64,000 nucleotides of DNA from Paragordius varius (Eukaryota > Animalia > Nematomorpha). Positions 27,407 to 37,577 of this stretch are shown here, piece after piece. Each line of letters begins with the position of its first letter. The first letter of the stretch is position 1. Under the pieces are notes generated by a model that did not search any database, was not told the origin of the DNA, and saw only the letters and a list, made by a program, of their open reading frames with translations. The DNA is taken from positions 3,038,001-3,102,000 of the forward strand of contig OZ176056.1 of assembly GCA_964247055.1 (NCBI GenBank). The letters run 5' to 3'. The position numbers and the translations under genes are program-made.

Positions 27407-27754
27407 TTCATGTTACATAAGTGCAAACCTTTGCCATGGTTTAAACTTACTTTTTTGAAGTAATTTTACATTTTAAATCGAAAGACTAAAATGAATGATT
27501 TGTATCTAAGTGTAAAGATAATATTTAATCTACAATCTAAACTGAATTTTTTAAAGGCCACTTTCCAAATAATTTTTTGCATAATGCGTCTCAAATTTGT
27601 GGATTTTTGAATTAAAAATCAAAGGTCTGCTCATAATATAAAATGCTTTATAAACAATTGGATTTATATATTCATTCTATCTTTTAATAACGAACCAATT
27701 TTATTCGAATACGTTAATTTATAAAAATATAAATGCAGATGTTCTACTGAAGAT

Positions 27755-28175
27755 ATGGAAGAGTTAAAGAAAAAGCATAAGGAAGAAATTGAAAAATTTA
27801 ATTCCTATAATAAAGGTTTTTTTGCCATTAATTACAGATTTGGAGAAATATATAGAGGCACAAAAAACACTTGGTGGTCAATTAAGTGAAGTGGAATCTG
27901 TTCTGGAAGAATTTAAATTATTAAGCAATGATAATAAAATATTTAAGGCTGTTGGCCCTGTGATGGTTAAACAAGATCTTAAAGAAGCGAAAGACACAGT
28001 AACTAAGCGCAGAAATTTTATCAATGAACAAATGTATTAAATGATAATTAAATATAGTAAGCGCAACGAAGAATTAATTAAGGATATTGAAGGTAAACGA
28101 AAAGGCCATGAAAATATTATTAGGAAAACAGAAAGTCAGATTCAACAATTAAATCTCAAAACTGCCAAAGCTTAA
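27755..28175 (+). CDS. PFDN6: Prefoldin subunit 6 (beta-type prefoldin), 124 aa, 3 exons
   Basis: Exons 27755-27815, 27838-28033 and 28058-28175, with introns of 22 and 24 nt. The spliced protein MEELKKKHKEEIEKFNSYNKDLEKYIEAQKTLGGQLSEVESVLEEFKLLSNDNKIFKAVGPVMVKQDLKEAKDTVTKRRNFINEQIKRNEELIKDIE... matches the PFDN6 pattern (L..QL.E...V.EE..LL....VFKL.GPVLVKQ.L.EA..TV.KR..YI..EIKR). Confidence 0.92.
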
Positions 28176-29083
28176 ATTATGCATTATTAAATAAATTTTT
28201 GTAAAATATTATATTTATTTATTGGGGAAATTAATTGATTTTGATATATAAATTTTTTCAGACCTTGGTCATATTATTACAGTTGCGTACTTCTTATCCT
28301 TTAAATATTATTTGTATGTAGAGATCGTAATTTTTTTACTACATAATTCAATTGTTATTACATACTTAATTCCATTTAAAAATAATCATCACAGCTGGTC
28401 ATAAAATTAGAAAGTAGGCTGAACTGAAATCGGTTTCTTTCCTATACTTTTAAGCCAATAATATAGATATTGATATTATTGAATCAGATTTTAAAGGGCC
28501 AATTTATATATAGTTATTTTTGCGTTCTATAGATGTGATCAGCTGATTTAGTCTCTTGGCTCTTAATAAGGGTTTAAGGGCAAGTGACTGATAAATTCTA
28601 GGGATCTCGGATTAATTATTAAAACTATAGAATTTAAAATTAACATTAGTATTTGAATTAGGACTTTTGAAATTCTCCAAAATTTGAGTTTCCATATTGC
28701 AACATAAAAAGTAGACCGTTTTGCGATGGATGCATTATAACAAACTTCTATGTATTCCTTACGTAATCTCGATTATTATGCTATATATAAACAAGGGACT
28801 TAGAAGAGAACATTGCTTTAAACATGAGTTAGTATATGGATTGGTTTAGAAAGACCACAAAAGTAATTTGGGCTTTGGAGCAGCCAAATAACATAGAAAA
28901 TTTAAAAAATAAAAAGCGTAAAGTATCAAGAACTTTTTAATTCGAAATTCGGTTTTATATTGCATTTCCATTTAAAAATTTGGCGACTGAATAATTTCAA
29001 AAATAATTAATTTCATTTTAATTTATATAAATTTATTTATGATATAAAGCAAATAATACAATTGGTAACCGATTAAATTTCAT

Positions 29084-30020
29084 TTATTCATCAAATAAGG
29101 CTTCTATCTCCTCATATTGTACAAGTTGCCTTTGCGACGTTTTTACACACGAAGACGCTGTATTGGTGTTACTGGATTCTGTTATATCGGATTCAGTTTT
29201 CTTTACTATAAACAAATAGTTAATGAAAATATTATTATGAAAAAGTGTGATTAAACTTTGTTGATTTATCATTAAATATCCAAATAATATTTATATTAAA
29301 AAGCTATTTTATAGGCTAATAATAATAAAACGACAAAAAACAAATATTTTTTATATCTACAAACATTAAGCAATACTCGCACTCTTTAATGTTAGCTATC
29401 CACTATTAATTTATGTAAAATAATTACTCGCACTGTAAATTACGAAGATACCAAAAAACAAACGATATAATAAAATACAAATTTAAAGTTTTTTCAGTAA
29501 AATCGTTTGATAAAATAAAATGTTATATACCAGTTTCGGATACAGCAGACCCATTATTTTCATTACTATTCACAGAAATATTGGGAGATTTAGTTTCAAT
29601 TTGCTCTGCAACAATTGTTTCTTTGGGTAGAGTTAAAGGTTCTGACAATGATGACATCTTAACCTTTTTATTCGTACGATTTGGGATAGGCATTGAATCG
29701 ATAGGAATATCCGCAACGTTAAATTCGGGTTCCTGCTCATTTATACTGTTTGATCTGTAAATAAAAAAAATTCCATTACAGTAATAAGGCTTAATCTCGT
29801 TTTTAAATAAATTGGGCATATAAACTAATTTGCTAATGCTAAATAGTTTGTGATTTAATGTATATTAAAATTTGTAAGTTTTTAAAATATTATTTATAAC
29901 GAATGTGTAATATGGCCATGTTTAAGGATATTTATTTTAATAAAATCATTTATAATCAATATAATTTTACGATTACAGAAGAAAATTAATTAAAAAAATC
30001 ATATTGATAGATCTTGAGCA

Positions 30021-30056
<36 letters not shown>

Positions 30057-32783
30057 CCAAGATACTAGAATAATTATTATCTTACAAACATAAATATATA
30101 TCATACATTTTATTGTTAAATTTTCCAAAATTACGGTTATTGCTGTTTGAACCGGTGAGGCCCCTTTGTTGATTATTGTTGGATAGGAAAGAATCCGCAT
30201 TATGTCTGGCATATGCAACAACCAAATGAATCTTTTCATCAGCGCACGCAGGATTATCCACAATGCTATTATGAAACTATCAGAAAAAATAATAAATTTA
30301 GGAAAATATATTCCAAAAATCCCATTAATTTTTGATTAATTATCCAGAAACTAATAAATTTGTAATTGTATGTTTTCACTTTTCATAACGTTTTTAATCA
30401 TTCGGGTCAAAAAAATTAAAAACGTATATATATTTCATATGGGGGAATTAGCCAAAAGACATTTAACATATGGGGCTATATTAAATTTAACCTTTTTGTT
30501 TATAGCCATAAAAAATATATAAGGCAAATAAATTTTCCTTCAGTGCTATGAAGTTATTACTTAAATTCAAATCAGTTACTCCTTATTTTAACAAAGGCCA
30601 AAAAACATTAAAGAGTGAATTGTTAACAAAATAAAAATTAAATTATAGGTTTTATAATTCATAATTTTCGTTCAAGTTTTTAAATATAAAAAAAATGAAT
30701 TGCAATTGCACAAAATCAACTGTTTTACCAATTATCCTTCTTATTTCACAACTAACGATACGTTAAATTATAATAAAACCTCAGGGAAACGATAGATTAT
30801 CGTACAATGAATGTATTAATGTCTGTCTTTAAACATTGAAAACTCATCATTAAAAACTTTGCTCTTTCGATAACTAGCTTGGCTATTAAATTTAATAAAA
30901 TATATAGGTCTTTATATAAAACTAAAATTTTTACTTTTATATTTTACTCAAACCTTTATTATTAACTGAAATATTAGTTAAATAAAAAAGCTCGCTACCT
31001 TCTTAATAACAGCCTCAGCGATTTGTAAGCTTTCAAACGTTAGGAAAGCTCGGTTATGACCACCCTGGAAATTATATTTAATCAATTTAAATCGATTATC
31101 ATCAATTATTTTCTGGTCTTGTTGGTTATTTCTTTCAGTTGCTGTAAATTCGTTATTTTGAATGTTTAAATTTTGGGAACCATCAACCAGATTTGTTGTT
31201 AATGAAAGTGTAGATTTCATTTCAGGAGGATTTGGACTTTGCTCATCATCATGGGATTCTCCGAGCGTTTCAGATCCATACATGATAGATATATTTGAAT
31301 CTGTAAATAAAATAATTTATAATTATAATAACAAAAAATCAAAATAGAGATATTAAATTAAGATATATTTTACAGGCCTAAACAAATGGTGTAATTAGCA
31401 AATCATTACATAAACTAATAAAAAGTTATGGATCAATTATTGCATAAGTACAAATATTTATAAAAAATATTGATCCGATACCTTCTGCTCCAGGAACATT
31501 AGTAAACACTATGTTGGACGTTAAAAACAATTTTTGAATGAGCTCTTCATTTATTCGACCATATTTAGTGGGGAGATCAGAATTTTGGTCCGAAGTCTTA
31601 TCGTTATCTAATAAAAAAATTACCATTAAAAAAAATTATTTTTAAGAATTTAAATTATGCCAAAAAATTGACGCGTATTAATTTTTGACATTACAAAACC
31701 CATATCAATTTAAAAAATGCCAATTTTAATAAAAAATTTAGATAATATTTACTTTCCTAATTATATAAATTTTTAGTTATTTCGAACAAATAGCAAATTT
31801 ATACAATCTCAACCATTTTTCAATTAAAAGCATTTTTTCAACGAAAGGCAATATTTGGCAACCAAACGCAATATTTTTCAATGGTGGGTTTGCTTAAAAA
31901 AGTGTTGCGTTTGGATAAAAAATGTTGCGTTCACTTAAAAAAAATGTAGTCTTTGCTTGAGAAAATGTTGCGTTTGGTCAAAAATGCTGATTTTGACTAA
32001 ATGATATAATAAGCCAAATTTTTAACTATAAAGTCTTTAACGTTAATAATGAAATAATTGTAAATGTTTGTAAAAAATCGGATAATTTAAGTGTGGCAAA
32101 AACCCAAAAATTTTACATTGCTTATAGATACTTAAATTTTTGCATTAACACCATTAACCTATAACTAATATAATGGCTATATATTGTAAAAATAATATAA
32201 ACACGACAAATTAGCCTAAGTTTTGAATATATTAAATTTTCTCTTCAACTAATTTTAAATACTTTTATATATACAAACAAGATTTAATACAAAAATAACT
32301 GCTGGATATAAAATTTCCATAAAAAACTTGATTAAAATTGTAAAATTTTATCAAAATCTTAAATTATTTTGAAAAATTAAGGCAAACTTGAGTGTATCCG
32401 TTTGTTTGATAGGTAAGATGAAAAGTAAAGGACATTATTAGGTGGATTACAAGCATGGGAACTATTGGCTGGTCTAAATCGCCGTTTTGGCGGTCCATTA
32501 TTATTACCAATATTTGTATGATTATTTGAACGAAATATCGTCGATGTTTTACTATATTTATCGCATCAAAAAATAATTATAAAACTTTAAACATTTTGAT
32601 TATAAAAACCGGAGACTGCAAAAATCTATTTTTGAGTTCAAGAAAAATTTTGTTAGCTATTCATGAACCGAATTTTGCAAAAAAACATTTTTTTAACAGA
32701 AAATTGAAAAATAAAAAGTACCACAAAATTATCCGCAAAAAAGAGGGTATTATACAAAATTTATGAAAAGAGTGTTAAACAAT

Positions 32784-32814
<31 letters not shown>

Positions 32815-33575
32815 TAAAATATTATTTTCAAATTACCAGAAGTTGCTTTCCAAAGAATTGTTGGGCATAATAGGGCGATTTCCGACTTTTCGATGAGCTC
32901 CGCTTAAATTGACAAATTCATTATTATCTGCTTGTTCTAGACCTAAATAAATTAACAGAATTTTATAAAAATTGTTGTTTATGATAAATTAATTATTCAA
33001 AAAACAGTTTAAAGATTTATATTAACTGATATTTTTGTCTTTTGAATCTCCCGAACATTTGGGAATCGGAATGGCCGGAAGTGTAGAAAGCGAATAATCA
33101 AAATTTGGGTTACTAGGAAAATTTGCACCTACAGAATTATCAGCAGAAAAATCTAAATCCTTGATTTGTTGAGTTTTTTTCCGGTTTTGATTTTTGATCT
33201 ACATGTAAATAAATGGTGGATATACCTCATTTGATTGTTGGTTAGCACCCGAATATCTTTTAAGTGATATTGCGTTTTTTGATTTCCTGAATTTGATATT
33301 CTCTTTAATGACTTCTCCTTTTAGCTCAATTTTTCCCGATTTGACCAACAACTCTGCTGTTTCTTTGGCCAGTTCTATAAAATTATTATTTATAAAAGTT
33401 AAACGTGTATTGACATTTTTGTCTGTGATTTGATTCTTCTTGGAGTCCATTTCAAGCAAAATCTTTTTCTGTCAACTATAAATTTAGGTTTTACGCGTTT
33501 TTTAAGCAGAGCAAATTTTTTAAGTAGGCTTTCCTCTGAGGGAGTTAACTTGCCTGGAAAGCTTAATGTAAACAT
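29084..33575 (-). CDS. NELFE: Negative elongation factor E (RRM protein), ~569 aa, 10 exons
   Basis: Exons 33575-33495, 33468-33226, 33198-33027, 32942-32837, 32551-32388, 31607-31482, 31300-30999, 30276-30107, 29754-29531 and 29205-29084 join in phase through GT-AG introns (1710 nt). The N-terminus MFTLSFPGKLTPSEESLLKKFALLKKRKKILL and AKETAELLVKSGKI..K.E....FRKSK match NELF-E. RRM pieces are NVLYFS / NEELIQKLF / HNRAFLTFESLQIAEAVIKKFHN / LVVAYAR. The C-terminal SQRQLVQYEE matches the R..IVY.D tail. Confidence 0.88.
30023..30054. repeat. (TA)n microsatellite in NELF-E intron 8
   Basis: Perfect TA run. Confidence 0.95.
31813..32005. mobile_element. Foldback-like MITE in NELF-E intron 5
   Basis: CAAACGCAA-type direct units are followed by inverted TTGCGTTTG units. 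Termini resemble those of 20940-21187. Confidence 0.5.
32784..32807. repeat. (TA)n microsatellite in NELF-E intron 4
   Basis: Perfect TA run. Confidence 0.9.
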
Positions 33576-33657
33576 GTGTTAACCAAATCAGTCTATTAGA
33601 GGCTCACATGAAAATCTGATGATAAATAAATATAATCAGTGGTATAATTTTTTTTGA

Positions 33658-34203
33658 CACTTTGATACAGCACATTCATTTCGGTCCTTCGATTCAAATT
33701 GATGTAGTTAGATTCCCCAGGCCTTATTAAAATTAAACACTTTAAATAATATGGAAGGAATCGAAACCATGGCAAATTTTTGCAATCATATAGTATTAAA
33801 CCGGAATATATAAATTTTCATCAAAAGTATTTGATATTACTTATTTTAAGGTAAAACCCAAAGGTATATTAGTCAACGTGACATTTGTGCATTGGTTAAA
33901 TCAAAAAAATACAAAATTAACCACTTCATCTATTTCTATTAATGTTAGATGTAATTTTTATGATAAATTAGCCTTAATTTGACCTTATAAAAAAATTGAA
34001 CGGTATTTTGCTTAGAAAAAATGGCGTTGAAGTAGTTTGAACTTTTTTTCAAACTAATTATTTAGATATTTCGGCTTATTTATTTAATTTTTATTAGGAT
34101 AGAAGCATAAATTAAAATTGGTACCATTTTCTTTATTAGTTTTTAGAAATCTTAACTTAAATATAGTCTGCGGTATTAAGATACCCTAATTTGAATCAAA
34201 GTG
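33658..34203 (-). mobile_element. piggyBac-like MITE copy ~80 bp upstream of the NELF-E start codon
   Basis: TTGA|CACTTTGATAC ... GAATCAAAGTG|TTAA. Older, diverged copy. Confidence 0.8.
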
Positions 34204-34294
34204 TTAAAACCCCTTACAACTAAAAAAGAATGATTTAGGTAATAGAAAATACACAAAAAGTGTTAAAAATAGAAAACAACAATCATAAAATACA

Positions 34295-34314
34295 TGTATA
34301 TGTATATGTATGTA

Positions 34315-34357
<43 letters not shown>
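34295..34357. repeat. (TA)n / (TATG)n compound microsatellite
   Basis: TATGTA and TA runs. Confidence 0.9.
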
Positions 34358-36035
34358 TGACTGATATTGTTAATATTCGAAATTAAGTAAATATAAATGC
34401 GCATAATTGGCATAATTGCACTATTAATTTTTAATTTCTAAAATATTATGAATACTTTTATTTTACGATAATTAAAAATGCACGATATATAGTGGGTTGC
34501 GGGGAAACTAGATATATCGATGGAATATATATATTCTGATAAACTATGTTGAAATTCTCATGCTCCTTTTGGTTAGAGAGTATTATATAAAAAAATATTA
34601 CCACTTGTGCTAGCTGCTTCTTATAAGAAAATAAAAATATTCGCGAACATTTTGTTAGATATTATATGTTAGGTGAAAGCTAAATGCTTACAAAAAAAAT
34701 CGCTGAAATAAATCACAAAATGCATATAAAAAGCATTTACTATTTTTAATGTCCAGAATGGGGAAATTCTCTTAATAAGAAAAGGCCGAGATAACGCGAT
34801 AATTCAAAAATCAATTAAATAAATTTCCGAAAAAATGGATACAAAGTAATATGGAAAAGCGAGTTTTATGGTATTTTTAACCTGGCTTTCGATATTTCCG
34901 AACGTCAAAGAAAAATATATATATATATACTTTGATAGCAACATGTATCATGATTATTATGGTGATTTTGATTTTAACCCTTGAGAAAGCTATTTCACTG
35001 TTGTGGTAATTGCCCCATATCGGAAATTGGCAAATGCGCGAAATTTGTTGAATAAAATTATTTTGACAAAAGGTTAATGCTTCATTTCAAAAAATATCTC
35101 AAAAACATATCATAAACTCCATAAATGCAAACAATATTTTTATAAATTTATCATTTCTATGCGATATTTTGGCCTTGTTAAAATGGGCATCGTAAAATAA
35201 GGTAAAAATGCCAATATTGGTGGATGAAAATTTAAATAGACTAATTTATAACAACAAAAAAATGTTTTAACGACAAATTGGATATTCTGCCAAATTGTTT
35301 ATAGCATAATTTTATTGGAGAATGCATCATACTATTTCACGGCATGGTTGAAACGGTAAACGATTTAAAATATTATAAAAGACATTTTCTAAATGATTCG
35401 ATGCTGAATATTTCTATCACCCCAGAATTTCGGTTAAAATAATCGTTCGTCTTGAAATTTATATTAACAATAAATAAATTTTAAATTATTTGAGGTAATA
35501 GAAATGCATCATTTTTAAATTATATAGAAAAATTTTATAAAATATTAAAAATTTTTTCTACCATGTCCATCAAAATATTAGGAAGTACGCTTCAAAATTT
35601 AAAAATTAATTTTTCAAACATATATCGATTCCTTACCTTTGTGATACCAAGATTTACATATATTAATTTTAATTATATAGTCAAATACCTTTATTTTTAG
35701 AGAACTGCCCATTTCGGGCGGGTTCGAATATTCAAGACTCGCGGATATCATTAATAATTTTTATATTGTTTCGCTTTTTATATTCAGTTTATGAGATGTT
35801 TTAGTTATATTTTTTGGGATAAAAAATTAAGTTTTTAACAAAAAACTTTATATAATGAAATGTAGGCAAATTATGCCATTTTCTGATACGGAAAAGTTAC
35901 CACAAAAGCTTTAATAACCTTCTCAAAGGGCCAAACTAAATGCGCCATGAGAATTTTAATACATATCTATCTTCTATATTTCATTAGCATATTTTTGTGC
36001 AGTGTATATTAAAAGTTTATAAATTGGCGCTCAAA

Positions 36036-37577
36036 TCTATATATTTATAAAAATGGAAATCTGGTACAGGAAAACCGGTAGACCCAATCAAATCCAAATA
36101 TCAAAAAATAATCATTAATAAATGTCCCGACAATAGCTTCGCCCTTTTCTTGAAAGAGGCCCCCAGTTCGGGCCCACCCCGTATGAAAAACGGGTTTTTT
36201 TTGAAAACAGAAGTCCACAAAAATCGTGTCTTTGTGACAATTTTCTGGAGAACGTGTTGGACCATTCAATTTCAAATATGAATTTTGTTTACTTATTTTT
36301 GATCGCGCTGAACATAGTCGAATCACTTTTTTGATTTGGGCCCTCTTTTTACCCGCTACCCCCGTAAAATGCCATTTTTTTCAAAAAAAACAAAGTCCAC
36401 AAAAATAATTTTTTAATATTTTTTTGCCCAAGGTATGAGACTGTAAAAATTCGAGAAGGTTTTTTCGTATTACCTATTAAAAGGCAAAAATTTTAGTCAA
36501 GCGTTTCTTTGATGATAGATGCTGAGTAAGGACTATCTATCATATGTATAGCATGTTAAAAGATATATGGATATAACATTATTTATGGTAATCTATATAT
36601 TTATAAAAATGGAAAATGCTGCCTTTGTGATCTGGTACAGGAAAACCGGTAGACCCAATCAAATCCAAATATCGAAAAATAATCATTAATAAATGTCCCG
36701 ACAATAGCTTCGCCCTTTTTTTGAAATAGGCCCCCAGTTCGGGCCCACCCCGTATGAAAAACGGGTTTTTTTTGAAAACAGAAGTCCACAAAAATCGTGT
36801 CTTTGTGACAATTTTCTGGAGAACGTGTTGGACCATTCAATTTCAAATATGAATTTTGTTTACTTATTTTTGATCGCGCTGAACATAGTCGAATCACTTT
36901 TTTGATTTGGGCCCTCTTTTTACCCGCTACCCCCGTAAAATGCCATTTTTTTCAAAATAACAAAGTCCACAAAAATAATTTTTTAATTGTATCTTTTTGC
37001 CCAAGGTATGAGACTGTAAAAATTCGAGAAGGTTTTTTCGTATTACCTATTAAAAGGCAAAAATTTTAGTCAAGCGTTTCTTTGATGATAGATGCTGAGT
37101 AAGGAGTATCTATCATATGTATAGCATGTTAAAAGATATATGGATATAACATTATTTATGGTAATCTATATATTTATAAAAATGGAAAATGCTGCCTTTG
37201 TGATCTGGTACAGGAAAACCGGTAGACCCAATCAAATCCAAATATCGAAAAATAATCATTAATAAATGTCCCGACAATAGCTTCGCCCTTTTTTGAAATA
37301 GGCCCCCAGTTCGGGCCCACCCCGTATGAAAAACGGTTTTTTTTTGAAAACAGAAGTCCACAAAAATCGTGTCTTTGAGACAATTTTACGGAGAACGTGT
37401 TGGACCATTCAATTTCAAATATGAATTTTGTTTACTTATTTTCGATTGCGCCGAACATAGTCGTCTCGCTTTTTAAATTTAGTCCCACTTTTTCCCGCTC
37501 CCCCCGTAAAATGCCATTCCCCCCCAGAAGTCCGAAGGACTTCCTCGGGCTGCGTAGCAGCACGAGATTTAAGCTAG
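36036..37577 (+). mobile_element. Head-to-tail array of mini-Helitrons (three 5' ends, one 3' end)
   Basis: A|TCTATATATTTATAAAAATGG 5' termini lie at 36036, 36592 and 37165 (periods 556 and 573). The single 3' terminus is the hairpin CTCGGGCTGC-GTA-GCAGCACGAG followed by ATTTAAG-CTAG|T (37574-37577). Confidence 0.85.

Noticed and set aside
28034-28057. In-frame TAA within PFDN6 suggesting stop-codon reassignment (ciliate-like code) or readthrough
   Set aside because: It is explained by a 24-nt GT-AG intron. TAA and TAG terminate the modelled genes at the expected homologous positions.
35700-35760. GGGTTCGAAT resembling a tRNA T-loop / B-box
   Set aside because: No cloverleaf stems, A-box or acceptor pairing are found around it.
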